This document shows positions 1 through 9,933 of a stretch of DNA of 64,000 nt, piece by piece; the first letter of the stretch is position 1, and every line of letters starts with the position of its first letter. The translations under genes were made by a program, and so were the position numbers. Source of the DNA: an uncultured Chloroflexia bacterium (lineage in GTDB: Bacteria; Chloroflexota; Limnocylindria; Limnocylindrales; CSP1-4); the NCBI GenBank assembly GCA_963833225.1, contig CAWHXD010000008.1, forward strand, positions 192,001 through 256,000. The letters run 5' to 3'. The notes under the pieces were generated by a model that saw nothing but the letters and a program-made list of their open reading frames with translations, was not told the DNA's origin and did not search any database.

Positions 1-28
1 TCGAGGCCCCCGCGACGGTCCCGCGGGC

Positions 29-1066
29 TCAACGCCGGACCTCGGCGGCGAGGCGTTCCGCTACCTCGCGAACCGCGGTGACCGCGGCCTCGAGCGATAG
101 CGGCACGGTGGCCCCCGCCGCGCGTGCGTGGCCGCCACCGCCCCACGTCCCGGTGAGCACCGTGGCATCGACCCCGCCCGGCTTGGTGCGGACGGAGAGC
201 CTCGTCGTGCCGTCGTCCTGCTCCTTGAGCAGCATCGAGACCTCGGCCAGCTCCGCCTGGGCGAGCAGGTCGATGATCCCCTCGGAGTGGGCCGGCATGG
301 ACCCGGTCTGGTCGAGGTCGGCGGCGCGCAGCGTGGACCACACGACGCGCCGGTCGGGCGTGGTATCGAGGCGGTCCAGGACGCGCCCGAAGAGCCGCAG
401 CTGGGCATCCGGCTTGGTGCGGTAGAGCCGGCGCGAGATGTCGGACAGCGGCGCCCCCGCCTCCATGAGCGCGGCCGAGACGGCGAGCGTCCGGGGCGTG
501 GCATTCGGATGCGCGAAGGTCGCCGTGTCCATCACGATGCCGGCCATCAGGACCGCAGCCAGGGTCCCATCGCCCAGGTCGAGCGGCAGGCCGAGACGGA
601 CCGCGAGCAGCGCCACGAGCTCGCAGGTCGCCGCGGCTCCCGGGTCGATCCAGTCGGCGTCGTTGGTGGCCTCGTTCGACGCGTGGTGGTCCACGATCAC
701 CCTCGGCAGCGAGCCAAACAGGTCCGCGTGCCTCTGGGCCACGCCGCCGACGCGCTCGGCCGTGGCGCAGTCCGCGAGCACGAGCAGGTCGTAGGCCACG
801 TCGGGATCGGGATCGGGATCCGTCAGGAACCGGTCCATTCCCGGCAGGAATGCGTACAGGGGCGGCACCGGATCCGTGGAGATGGCGGTCGCCCTGCCGC
901 CCAGCGCCTCCACGATCAGGCACAGGCCCATCACCGCTCCGAGCGTGTCCGCGTCGGGGTGCTCGTGGGAGACCGCGAGCACGTTGCGCGCCCCGCGCAG
1001 GCGCGCGAGCGCCGCCGACGGGACGGCGTCGCGGGCAAGCAGCGAGAGGTCCACGGCCCGGCTCAC
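29..1066 (-). CDS. nrnA: DHH/DHHA1 family bifunctional oligoribonuclease/PAP phosphatase
   Basis: Motifs HEHPDADTLG, DHH (IVDHHASN), GIVMDT and C-terminal GGGGHARAAG; GTG start overlaps the rbfA stop (GTGA); usual position after rbfA. Confidence 0.9.
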   Translation of the reverse strand: MSRAVDLSLLARDAVPSAALARLRGARNVLAVSHEHPDADTLGAVMGLCLIVEALGGRATAISTDPVPPLYAFLPGMDRFLTDPDPDPDVAYDLLVLADCATAERVGGVAQRHADLFGSLPRVIVDHHASNEATNDADWIDPGAAATCELVALLAVRLGLPLDLGDGTLAAVLMAGIVMDTATFAHPNATPRTLAVSAALMEAGAPLSDISRRLYRTKPDAQLRLFGRVLDRLDTTPDRRVVWSTLRAADLDQTGSMPAHSEGIIDLLAQAELAEVSMLLKEQDDGTTRLSVRTKPGGVDATVLTGTWGGGGHARAAGATVPLSLEAAVTAVREVAERLAAEVRR

Positions 1067-1659
1067 GCGCGGTGGCTCCGCGGCGACCGGCGCGGCGACC
1101 CCGACGGCGGGCCTCCACGTCGGCTGGACCGGCCGCCGGGTCCACGACCGGGCGCCGGGCGGCGTCCCGTGGGGGCCGGCGGGATGGCGGGCAGACCCCC
1201 CTCGCCACCGGGCGAGCCGGTGGCCGCGTCCTCGACCGGCTCCGCGTCACCCTCGTGCGGCAGGCGCTTGACCGGTGTGGGAAGGGACTCGTTGATGGGC
1301 GCGATCTCGTCGGGATCCACGCCCTTCTCCAGCTCGTTGATCAGGTGCAGGATGCGGGTCCCCCGCGCCGCGGAGTCATCGAGGTGCACGTGCAGGTCCG
1401 GGATCCGCCGGATCCGCAGGCGCTTGCCCAGCTCGTGCCGGATGAACGGCATCGCCGCCCGGAGCGCGCGCAGCGTCTCGTCGCGGTCGCCCTTCTGGCC
1501 GATCACGCTGACCCACACCTTGGCATGGCGAAGATCCGGGGTGGTCTCCACGTCCGTGATGGTCGCAAAGCCGATCCGTGGATCGCCGATCTCCTTGGCG
1601 AGCAGCGCGCCGATCTCCTGGCGGAGGAGCTCGTCGACGCGCTCCGTGCGCTGGCTCAT
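1063..1659 (-). CDS. rbfA: ribosome-binding factor A with long C-terminal tail
   Basis: MSQRTERVDELLRQEI...DPRIGFATITDVETTPDLRHAKVWVS...RIRRIPDLHVHLD; ATG at 1659; follows infB. Confidence 0.95.
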   Translation of the reverse strand: MSQRTERVDELLRQEIGALLAKEIGDPRIGFATITDVETTPDLRHAKVWVSVIGQKGDRDETLRALRAAMPFIRHELGKRLRIRRIPDLHVHLDDSAARGTRILHLINELEKGVDPDEIAPINESLPTPVKRLPHEGDAEPVEDAATGSPGGEGGLPAIPPAPTGRRPAPGRGPGGRSSRRGGPPSGSPRRSPRSHRA

Positions 1660-1690
1660 CTGGTGCTCCGGCTGGTGCCGCCGCGCGCGG

Positions 1691-3598
1691 CTAGCCGGCG
1701 ACCCGGCTGCGCACCTGGTTCGTGAAGCACTCGATGATGTCGCCTTCGACCAGGTCGTTGAACCCGGCGAGACCGATGCCACACTCGAGGTTCTGGGCCA
1801 CCTCGCGCACGTCGTCGCGGAAGCGGCGAAGCGAGTCCAGCTTGTCCGTCGCGATCAACTTGCCACCGCGGTACACCCGGGCGCCCCCCGCGCGGACGAT
1901 GCGTCCGTCGGTGACGAAGCAGCCGGCGATGACCGTGCTCTTGCCGACCTTGAAGATCTGCCGAACCTCCGCGCGACCCTCGACCACCTCGACGATCTCC
2001 GGCTCGAGCATGCCCTTGAGGGCAAGGTCGATGTCGTCCGTGAGCTTGTAGATGATGTCGTACAGGCGGTAGTCGACGCCCTCGGCCTCGGCGGCCCGGC
2101 GCGCGGTGTCCGTGATCCCGGTGTTGAACCCGACGACGATCGCGTTCGACGCCGTCGCGAGCATGATGTCGTTGTCGGTGATGTCGCCCGCGGCCTCGAG
2201 CAGGACGTTGATCTTGACCTCGTCCGTGCTGAGCTGCTGGAGCGCGTGGGTGATCGCTCCGAGCGAGCCCGACACGTCGGACTTGAGGATCACCCGCAGC
2301 TCCTTGGCCTGGCCGGCCTGGATCTGCTTGTACAGGTCCTCGAGCGTCGCGCGGCTGGAGCCCGCCCCGGCCAGGGCGAGGGCGGCGTTCTTGCGTGCCT
2401 CAACCCGCTCGCGCGCCACCGTGACGTCCTTGACGACGCGGAGGATGTCGCCGGCCTCCGGCACGTCGGACAGCCCGAGGATGACCGCGGCCGTGGCTGG
2501 GCCCGCCTTGGCGATCCGCTTGCCGGCCGAGTTCTCGAGGGCCTTGATCTTGCCATGCGTGTTGCCGGCCACCACGGAGTCACCGACCTTGAGCGTGCCG
2601 GTCTGCACGATGATCGTCGCGACGGGGCCGCGTCCCTTGTCGAGCCGGGCCTCGATGACGGTGCCCACGGCGTCCCGCTTGGGGTTGGCCTTGAGCTCCT
2701 GCAGGTCGGCGACCAGCAGGATCATCTCGAGCAGCGAGTCGATGCCGACCCGGCTCTTCGCGGACACCGCCACCATCGGCGTGTCGCCACCGTAGTCCTC
2801 GATCACGACGCCGGTCTCGGCCAGCTCGTTCTTGACCCGGTCCGGGTTGGCGTCCTGCTTGTCGATCTTGTTCAACGCGATCACGAGCGGAACCTTGGCC
2901 GCCTTGGCGTGGCTGATCGCCTCCAGCGTCTGGGGCATCACGCCATCGTCGGCCGCAACCACGATCACCGCGATGTCGGTGACCCTGGCGCCACGCGCCC
3001 GCATCGAGGTGAACGCCTCGTGGCCCGGGGTGTCGAGGAACACGACGCGCTTGCCGTCCTTCGTGGTGACCTCGGACGCGCCGATATGCTGGGTGATGCC
3101 GCCCCGCTCGCCGGACGCGACGGTCGTCGAGCGGATGGCGTCGAGCAGGCTCGTCTTGCCGTGGTCGACGTGTCCCATGACGGTGACGATCGGGGCGCGG
3201 TCAACGAGCGAGGACGGATCATCCTCGTCCTCGTCCCACAGCTGCTCCTTCGCCGCCTCGGCGGGGGTTCCGCCCTCCTCGGCCTCATCCTCGCTGGCGG
3301 CCGTGGCCTCGGCGACCTGGTAGCCCAGCTCCTCGGTGATGAGGGAGGCCGTGTCGCGGTCGATCAGCTGGTTGATGGTCGCGAAGATGCCGCTCTTGAT
3401 CAGCTCGCGAATGATGTCGGCAGGGCTGGTGCCGAGCAGATCCGCAAGGTCTTTGACGGTGATCGTTCCCGGCAGCTCGATCGCGCCGCGCTCGCTCGGA
3501 TCAACGACCGAGACGGCGCCCGGCGTGAATCCACCCTGGCGGCGCGGCGGCTTGCGGGGGCCGCGACGGCCGCGGGTGCCGCTCCTACTTCGGGCCAT
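1691..3598 (-). CDS. infB: translation initiation factor IF-2
   Basis: [33 protein letters not shown] and C-terminal ECGIGL; ATG at 3598 preceded by the SD AAGGAGG. Confidence 0.98.
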   Translation of the reverse strand: MARSRSGTRGRRGPRKPPRRQGGFTPGAVSVVDPSERGAIELPGTITVKDLADLLGTSPADIIRELIKSGIFATINQLIDRDTASLITEELGYQVAEATAASEDEAEEGGTPAEAAKEQLWDEDEDDPSSLVDRAPIVTVMGHVDHGKTSLLDAIRSTTVASGERGGITQHIGASEVTTKDGKRVVFLDTPGHEAFTSMRARGARVTDIAVIVVAADDGVMPQTLEAISHAKAAKVPLVIALNKIDKQDANPDRVKNELAETGVVIEDYGGDTPMVAVSAKSRVGIDSLLEMILLVADLQELKANPKRDAVGTVIEARLDKGRGPVATIIVQTGTLKVGDSVVAGNTHGKIKALENSAGKRIAKAGPATAAVILGLSDVPEAGDILRVVKDVTVARERVEARKNAALALAGAGSSRATLEDLYKQIQAGQAKELRVILKSDVSGSLGAITHALQQLSTDEVKINVLLEAAGDITDNDIMLATASNAIVVGFNTGITDTARRAAEAEGVDYRLYDIIYKLTDDIDLALKGMLEPEIVEVVEGRAEVRQIFKVGKSTVIAGCFVTDGRIVRAGGARVYRGGKLIATDKLDSLRRFRDDVREVAQNLECGIGLAGFNDLVEGDIIECFTNQVRSRVAG

Positions 3599-3959
3599 GG
3601 GCTCCTCCTTGGTGATCGTCGGGTTCGGGGTCGGCGCCGATGGCGCGGTGAGTGTCTGTGGTGTTCGCGGTGGCCGGCATCGCCGGGCCCGATGCGAGGG
3701 CGGCGACGACGTCGTCGGGAAGGGCCATCCCGAGCGCGTGCTCAAGCGATCGCTTGCGACCGGCCAGGGTCCAGCACTCGCCGCTGCGGCACAGGTAGGC
3801 GCCCCGGCCGGGCATGCGGCCGGTGGGGTCGATGGCCACGGTCCCCTGCGGCGAGCGGACCACGCGGACCAGGTCCTGCTTGGGCCGCGGCGTGCGGCAG
3901 GCAACGCAACTCCGCTCCGGGAGCCGGCGCGGCGTGGCGAACCGGGACCGACCGGCCAC
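3585..3959 (-). CDS. ylxR: YlxR (DUF448/RnpM) family RNA-binding protein
   Basis: PERSCVACR...LVRVVR...GRMPGRGAYLC; located between nusA and infB. Confidence 0.9.
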   Translation of the reverse strand: MAGRSRFATPRRLPERSCVACRTPRPKQDLVRVVRSPQGTVAIDPTGRMPGRGAYLCRSGECWTLAGRKRSLEHALGMALPDDVVAALASGPAMPATANTTDTHRAIGADPEPDDHQGGAHGPK

Positions 3960-3967
3960 CGCGGCGC

Positions 3968-5257
3968 CTACGACGACACCTCCTCGGAGGCCTTCTTCTT
4001 GCGGCTCTTCTTCACCGGGGCGGCGGGGGCGGGCTCACCTGCCGCGACCGGCACATCGGGCGATGCATCGGCAGCGACGGCCTCGCTCGGGGGTGCGGGC
4101 GGGGCCTCGGGCTCGGCGACGGCCTCGGATACGGGTTCGGCAACGGCCTCGGGGGCCGGCTCGGCAACGGCCTCGGATACGGGTTCGGCAACGGCCTCGG
4201 GGGCCGGCTCGGCAACGACCTCGGCGGCGGGCGCATCGCTCCGGATGTCGATCCGCCAGCCCGTCAATCGTGCCGCGAGCCGCGCGTTCTGGCCCTCTCG
4301 GCCAATGGCCAGCGACAACATCCGCTCGGGCACCGTCACGTTTGCGATCCGGTGCTCCTCGTCGATCTGGACCCCGATGACCTGGGCCGGTGACAGCGCG
4401 TTCGCCACGAACACCGACGGGTCCTCGTTCCACGGGATCACGTCGATCTTCTCGCCGGCCAGCTCCGCGACCACCGCCTGGACGCGAGCTCCGCGCTGGC
4501 CCACCGTCGCGCCGACCGGGTCCAGCCCGTCCTGGCGCGAGGCCACCGCGACCTTGCTGCGCGAACCCGCCTCGCGGGCGATCGCCTTGATCTCCACCGT
4601 CCCGGCGTGGATCTCCGGGACCTCCAGCTCGAACAGCCGGCGCAGGAAGCCCTTGTGGGTCCGGCTCACCATGACCTGCGGCCCGCGGGCACTGCGACGC
4701 ACCTCGAGCACGAATGCCTTCACCGGCTGACCGATGCGGTAGTGCTCGAGCGGGCTCTGCTCGCTCGTCTGGAGGACCGCCTCGTCGCCCTTGCCCACGT
4801 CGAGGATGATCGCTCGCGGCTCCACGCGGCTGACCGAACCGGTGAGGATCTCGCCCTCACGGGCCAGGAGCTGGTCGTAGCGCTGGTCGCGCTCGACCTC
4901 GCGCATCCGCTGGAGGATGATCTGCTTGGCGGTCTGGGCGCCGATCCGGCCGAAGTGCTCCGCGTCGAGCTGCTCGATCTCGATGACCTCGCCCGCGCTG
5001 GCCTCGGGGTGCGACTGGCGGGCCTCGTCCACGGTCACCTCGACCATGGGATCCTCGACCTCGTCGACGACGTGGCGGCCGCGGTACACGCGGATCTCGC
5101 CGGTGCCGGGCTCGATGCGGACGAAGATGTCCTCCTCACCAGCGACCCGGCGATAGGCAGCCTGGATCCCCTCCTCCACGGCGCGGATCAGCGCCTCCTG
5201 GGGAACCTGCTTCTCGGCGTTGAGCTGGAGCAGCGCACCGACGAAGTCACGACTCAT
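3968..5257 (-). CDS. nusA: transcription termination/antitermination factor NusA
   Basis: [12 protein letters not shown]1 domain, KH motifs [12 protein letters not shown] and [24 protein letters not shown]; ATG at 5257 with SD GGAGG. Confidence 0.98.
   Translation of the reverse strand: MSRDFVGALLQLNAEKQVPQEALIRAVEEGIQAAYRRVAGEEDIFVRIEPGTGEIRVYRGRHVVDEVEDPMVEVTVDEARQSHPEASAGEVIEIEQLDAEHFGRIGAQTAKQIILQRMREVERDQRYDQLLAREGEILTGSVSRVEPRAIILDVGKGDEAVLQTSEQSPLEHYRIGQPVKAFVLEVRRSARGPQVMVSRTHKGFLRRLFELEVPEIHAGTVEIKAIAREAGSRSKVAVASRQDGLDPVGATVGQRGARVQAVVAELAGEKIDVIPWNEDPSVFVANALSPAQVIGVQIDEEHRIANVTVPERMLSLAIGREGQNARLAARLTGWRIDIRSDAPAAEVVAEPAPEAVAEPVSEAVAEPAPEAVAEPVSEAVAEPEAPPAPPSEAVAADASPDVPVAAGEPAPAAPVKKSRKKKASEEVSS
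4110..4222. repeat. coding tandem repeat in the nusA 3' end (exact 48-bp unit x2, built from 24-bp subunits)
   Basis: ACGGCCTCGGATACGGGTTCGGCAACGGCCTCGGGGGCCGGCTCGGCA at 4119-4166 and 4167-4214; encodes ([16 protein letters not shown])n. Confidence 0.9.
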
Positions 5258-5304
5258 CCTGTGCCTCCCTGCTTCGCCGTTGCTCCAGCGACCGCACAGT
5301 CCAC

Positions 5305-5334
5305 ACAAAGAAACGTGGGCTGGTCACCCACGTT
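5305..5334 (-). terminator. rimP-leader-like attenuator hairpin upstream of nusA
   Basis: Minus strand AACGTGGG-TGACCAG-CCCACGTT followed by TCTTT; lies between a TATACT -10 box and the nusA SD. Confidence 0.7.
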
Positions 5335-5362
5335 CGGTGGCGGCCTCGTTGTATTGGGCGGG

Positions 5363-5368
5363 AGTATA
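5363..5368 (-). promoter_or_regulatory. putative -10 box (TATACT) for the nusA operon
   Basis: TATACT on the minus strand about 105 nt upstream of the nusA ATG, in otherwise GC-rich DNA. Confidence 0.55.
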
Positions 5369-5405
5369 CACCCGGGCCCGTGGACCCTCAATCGCGCCGG
5401 CTGCC

Positions 5406-6645
5406 TCAGGGTTGGCTGCCGTACCGCCGCTCCACGTACCGCCTCCATCAGGTCGATGAACTCGGGCACGATCGCGTCGCCACGCAGCGTGCGATCGAGC
5501 TTCCCATCCACGAACACGGGCGCCACGGGCGCCTCGAACGTGCCCGGCAGGCTGATCCCGATGTCGGCGTGCTTGGACTCCCCGGGTCCGTTGACCACGC
5601 AGCCCATGACCGCGACCTTGAGCTCCTCGACGCCCGGGTAGGCCTCGCGCCACTCGGGCATCCGGACCTTGATGTGGTCCGTGATGTCGCGCGCCATCTC
5701 CTGGAAGAACGTGGACGTGGTCCGGCCGCAGCCGGGGCAGGCCGAGACCTGGGGCAGGAACGAGCGCAGACCCATCGACTGGAGCACCTGCTGCGCGACC
5801 TCGACCTCCAGCTCGCGTCCGGCCCCGGGCTCGGGCGTCAGCGAGACGCGGATCGTGTCCCCGATCCCCTCGTTGAGCAGGATCGCAAGCCCCGCCGTCG
5901 ACGTCACCATCCCCTTCATGCCCATGCCCGCCTCGGTCAGCCCCAGGTGGAGCGGGTAGTCCGAGCGCGGCGCCAGTCGCCGGTACGTGTCCACGAGGTC
6001 CCGCACGCCCGAGACCTTGGCCGAGATGATGATCCGGTCGTGTCGCAGCCCGGTCGCCTCGGCAAGCTCCGCCGAGCGCATCGCCGACTCGATCATGGCC
6101 TCGATCATCACGTCCCGGGCATCGCGCGGCTCCACGAGCTTCGCGTTGGCCTCCATCAGGTCCGTGAGCAGCTGCTGATCCAGCGAGCCCCAGTTGACCC
6201 CGATCCGGACCGGCTTGTCGTGCTCGATCGCCGCCCGGATGATGGTGGTGAAGTTCTGGTCGTGGTACTTGCCCCCGACGTTGCCCGGGTTGATGCGGTA
6301 CTTCGCGATGGCCGCGGCCATCTCCGGGAACTCCACCAGGAGCTTGTGGCCGTTGTAGTGGAAGTCGCCGATGACTGGCACGTCCACGCCCAGGTTGTCG
6401 CGCAGCTTGCGCATCATCTCGGGCACCGCGGCCGCCGCCTCCTCGGTGTTGACCGTGACACGCACGAGCTGCGAGCCGGCATGGGCGAGACGCGCGACCT
6501 GGAGCGCGGTCGAATCCGGATCGGCTGTGTCGGTGTTGGTCATCGACTGCACGACCACCGGGTGGGCGGATCCGACGAGCACGCCCCCGACGTCGACCGA
6601 CACGGTCGGGCGGCGGACCGGCCTGAGGCTGTCCGGGGTCGTCAT
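5406..6645 (-). CDS. ispG: 4-hydroxy-3-methylbut-2-en-1-yl diphosphate synthase (apparent +1 indel near 5440)
   Basis: [58 protein letters not shown]. Removing one G near 5440 gives a natural end ...[10 protein letters not shown] at TGA 5406; otherwise the ORF reads through the nusA leader. Confidence 0.93.
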
Positions 6646-7886
6646 GGGGTCCCGCCGCCGGTCACCAGGCGCACGATGTCAAAGCCGGTGACCCAGATCA
6701 GGAACCCGAACAGGGCGATGAACCCCACCGCGTAGGTCAGCTGCTCGGCGCGCAGCGAGATCCGGCGGCCGTAGCGCGGGATCGCCTTGAGCATGAGCAT
6801 GAGCATTCGTCCGCCGTCGAGCGGCGGGAACGGCAGGAAGTTCACGAGGGCAAGGTTGGCCGAGAGGATGCCGGCGACGTAGATCGTCATCACGATCCCG
6901 CTGCCGCGGAAGGTGTCGCCGAGGGAGGTGGCGATGCCCACCGGCCCCGACACCGGCGGCGCCTGGGTCGGGTTGGCGATGAACGAGCTCACGAGGCCGC
7001 TGAGCCCGTCGATGATGAGCCCGAACCAGCGGAACGTCTCCTGCCAGCCGATGCTCGCGGCCTCGCCGATCGGCCGCCCCGTGTAGTCACCGGTGAACAC
7101 GTACTCGAACCCGCCGGCCGCGGCGCGGATCCCCAGCGCGCCCTGACCCGCGTCGACCTCCGCCTTCGACCGCAGCGTGGCCTGGACCGTGTCCCGTGAT
7201 CCATCGGCACGCAGGATGCCGAGCGTGACGGTCTGGCCGGCCCTGGTGCGCAGGTCCGTGATCGGAGATGCCCCCTCGTACGGCCCGAAGAAGTCGTAGC
7301 GCGTCCCATCGATGGTCAGGATCGCGTCGCCGTCCCGGAGCCCCGCGGCCGCGGCCGGTGAGGCCGGCTCGACCTGGTCGAACCGCAGCCCGACGTACGG
7401 CGTGGCGAACCACGCGATCGAGGTGAAGATCGCGAGCGCGAGCACCAGGTTCATGAACACGCCGGCGACCAGGATCAGCAGCTTGGTCACCAGGCGGGCC
7501 TTGCCAAACGAGCGCGGGTCGAAGCCGTCGCCGCCGTTCTCGTCCTCGAGCTTCACGAAGCCGCCGATGGGCAGCCAGTTGAGCGTGTACTCGGTGCCGA
7601 GCGGTGCTGCCGGCGTCTCGAGCAGCGCCTCGGATGCCGCCTCGTCGTCGCGCACGGCCTCGAGCGCCTCGGCGCGGGCACGGGCGTACGACTCGGTGTC
7701 GGCCGCCGACACGCCGCCGCGGCCAAGCGAGCGAGCCCTGGGCGGGAAGCCGACGCCGAACTCCAGGACCCGGATCCGGGCGATCCGGGCCGTGATGAAG
7801 TGACCCAGCTCGTGGAACAGGACGATCCCGCCCAGCACCACGATGAACAGCACGATCGAGACGATCGTGTCGATGATGGCCGTCAT
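6642..7886 (-). CDS. rseP: site-2 protease / RIP metalloprotease (M50) with PDZ domain
   Basis: [23 protein letters not shown]-like [23 protein letters not shown]; dxr-rseP-ispG context. Confidence 0.92.
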   Translation of the reverse strand: MTAIIDTIVSIVLFIVVLGGIVLFHELGHFITARIARIRVLEFGVGFPPRARSLGRGGVSAADTESYARARAEALEAVRDDEAASEALLETPAAPLGTEYTLNWLPIGGFVKLEDENGGDGFDPRSFGKARLVTKLLILVAGVFMNLVLALAIFTSIAWFATPYVGLRFDQVEPASPAAAAGLRDGDAILTIDGTRYDFFGPYEGASPITDLRTRAGQTVTLGILRADGSRDTVQATLRSKAEVDAGQGALGIRAAAGGFEYVFTGDYTGRPIGEAASIGWQETFRWFGLIIDGLSGLVSSFIANPTQAPPVSGPVGIATSLGDTFRGSGIVMTIYVAGILSANLALVNFLPFPPLDGGRMLMLMLKAIPRYGRRISLRAEQLTYAVGFIALFGFLIWVTGFDIVRLVTGGGTP

Positions 7887-9112
7887 GCGGGACCTCCGAT
7901 GGGACCGGTCGCGAAGGCGGCGCGGACCTCGCGGTCCAGCTCGACGAGCGCGGGCAGGTCGGGCGCCTGGTCGGGTCCGTCACCGAACCGGCGCACCGCC
8001 GCCTCGAGCAGACGTGGGATCCCCGGGAAGTCCAGGGTGCGGTCAAGGAACCGGGCAACCGCCACCTCGTCCGCGGCGATCAACGCCGCCGACGCGCGGG
8101 GGCCCATCCGCCCCGCCTCGCGGGCGATCCGGAGCGCGGGGAAGCGGTTCTCGTCGGGCGCACGGAAGTCGAGCCGGGCGGTCGCCACCAGGTCGGGCGG
8201 CGTCGTCGGCGACGGGAGGCGCTCGGGATAGGTCAGGGCATACTGGATGGGGAGCCGCATGTCAGGAGTGCCAAGCTGGGCCTTGAGGGAGCCGTCGATG
8301 AACAGGACGGCAGAGTGGACGACGCTCTGGGGATGCACGACGACGTCGATGGCGTCGTAGTCCACATCGTAGAGCCAGTGGGCCTCGATGACCTCCAGGC
8401 CCTTGTTGGCGAGAGTGGCGGAGTCGATGGTGATCTTGGCCCCCATCGTCCATGTCGGGTGGCGGAGCGCACGGTCAGGGGTGATCGCGCCCAGCTCGGC
8501 GGCTGGCGTATCGAGGAACGGGCCGCCCGACGCCGTCAGCACCAGGCGGGCGATCCCTGCGGGCGATTCGCCGACGAGGCACTGCCAGATGGCCGAATGC
8601 TCGGAATCGATCGGGCGCAGCCATGCCAGCGGCGTCCCCAGCGGGTCGCCGGGACTCGTCGCGGCGCGCATGGCGGCGTTGCGATGGGCCTCGGGCATCA
8701 CCAGGTGACCGCCCGCGACCAGCGTCTCCTTGTTGGCAGTGGCGACAACCTTGCCGGCGGCGAGCGCCGCCAGCGTCGGCCGCAGCGAGACGACGCCGCC
8801 GGTGCCCACGATCACGAGGTCGACATCGTCACGGGTCGCCATCTCGACCATCGCGTCCACGCCGGCCAGCCGGCGGGTGGTGGCGGGCAGGTCCAGCGAC
8901 ACCGCATCGTCGGCAAGGGCCGCGACGGCCGGGCCCACGCGTCGGGCCTGCGCCTCGAGCTCCGCGGCGTTCCGCCCGGTTGCCAGGGCGACCACCCGGA
9001 ACCGGTCGGCGTGGGCCTCGAGCACCTCGACCGTCTGTCGGCCGATGCTCCCGGTGGAGCCCAGCAGGGCGACGCCAAGGCGCCGCCCGTCAGCCAACGA
9101 GCGCGACGACAT
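7883..9112 (-). CDS. dxr: 1-deoxy-D-xylulose-5-phosphate reductoisomerase
   Basis: LLGSTGSIGRQT, ANKETLV, PIDSEHSAIWQC, LTASGGPF, HPTWTMGAKITIDSAT. Confidence 0.97.
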   Translation of the reverse strand: MSSRSLADGRRLGVALLGSTGSIGRQTVEVLEAHADRFRVVALATGRNAAELEAQARRVGPAVAALADDAVSLDLPATTRRLAGVDAMVEMATRDDVDLVIVGTGGVVSLRPTLAALAAGKVVATANKETLVAGGHLVMPEAHRNAAMRAATSPGDPLGTPLAWLRPIDSEHSAIWQCLVGESPAGIARLVLTASGGPFLDTPAAELGAITPDRALRHPTWTMGAKITIDSATLANKGLEVIEAHWLYDVDYDAIDVVVHPQSVVHSAVLFIDGSLKAQLGTPDMRLPIQYALTYPERLPSPTTPPDLVATARLDFRAPDENRFPALRIAREAGRMGPRASAALIAADEVAVARFLDRTLDFPGIPRLLEAAVRRFGDGPDQAPDLPALVELDREVRAAFATGPIGGPA

Positions 9113-9917
9113 AGAGCGCCACCACCGGGCCGGCGAACAGGAACGAGTCGATCCGGTCCAGGATGCCGCCGTGGCCGGGGATCAGCGTGCCCGAGTCCTT
9201 CGCGCCGGCGGCGCGCTTGAGCATCGACTCGGCGAGGTCGCCGGCCTGCGCGGCGAGGCCCAGGAGCGGCCCAAGGAGCCCGGCGCCCAGGGGGTTCTGC
9301 CCGAGGGCGCCGAGGACCAGCCCGATCACGACGGTTGTCGCCACGAGGCCGCCTACCAGCCCCTCGATGGACTTGGCGGGCGAGATGTGCACGAGGAACT
9401 TGTGGCGCCCGATCTGGCGGCCGACGAGGTAGGCGCCCGTGTCGTAGCTCCACACGCCGAGCACCAGCAGCAGCAGCCATCCCCGCTCGGATCCGACCGG
9501 CGCAAGCAGGGCTCCGGCGGGGATCGCAGGACCCAGCGAGGCGACCTGGAGGATGACCGCGAGGAGCCCGATGTACAGCGCGCCGAACACCGTCGCGATC
9601 CAGGCCACCAGGCCGTCGCGCGGATCCGTGCGCGCGAACGCCCCGACGCCGGCGAGCACGATGCCCACGGCGATGAGGAGCACCCCCTTGTCGCCGATCA
9701 GGCCCAGGGCCGCCTCGAGCACGAACGCGACGGCGAGCGCCGTCCCCAGCAGCGGGAGCGACGGATAGCCCGCGCCCTTGAGCAGCCGGAACACCTCGAT
9801 CCCGCCGATCACCGCCACGAGCACCAGCAACGCGGCGATCGCCGCCATCCCGATCCACAGCGCCACGAGGAGCACCGGAACGAGGACGAGCGCGGAGAGG
9901 GCGCGGGTCTTGAGCAT
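9090..9917 (-). CDS. cdsA: phosphatidate cytidylyltransferase
   Basis: Polytopic membrane protein with DTGAY, ISPAKSIEG and GDLAESMLKRAAGAKDSGTLIPGHGGILDRIDS. Confidence 0.96.
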   Translation of the reverse strand: MLKTRALSALVLVPVLLVALWIGMAAIAALLVLVAVIGGIEVFRLLKGAGYPSLPLLGTALAVAFVLEAALGLIGDKGVLLIAVGIVLAGVGAFARTDPRDGLVAWIATVFGALYIGLLAVILQVASLGPAIPAGALLAPVGSERGWLLLLVLGVWSYDTGAYLVGRQIGRHKFLVHISPAKSIEGLVGGLVATTVVIGLVLGALGQNPLGAGLLGPLLGLAAQAGDLAESMLKRAAGAKDSGTLIPGHGGILDRIDSFLFAGPVVALYVVALVG

Positions 9918-9933
9918 GGCTCCAGCCTAGCGG

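Noticed and set aside
4110-4222. nusA and rpsB tandem repeats as CRISPR or mobile repeats
   Set aside because: They are in-frame coding repeats without unique spacers.
128-4393. 1421-aa plus-strand ORF and many other long antisense or alternate-frame ORFs (e.g. 22346-25030, 25629-28286, 34430-36856, 50442-52580)
   Set aside because: Shadow ORFs of well-identified genes; stop codons are scarce in GC3-rich DNA, and the translations are Arg/Gly/Pro-rich without motifs.
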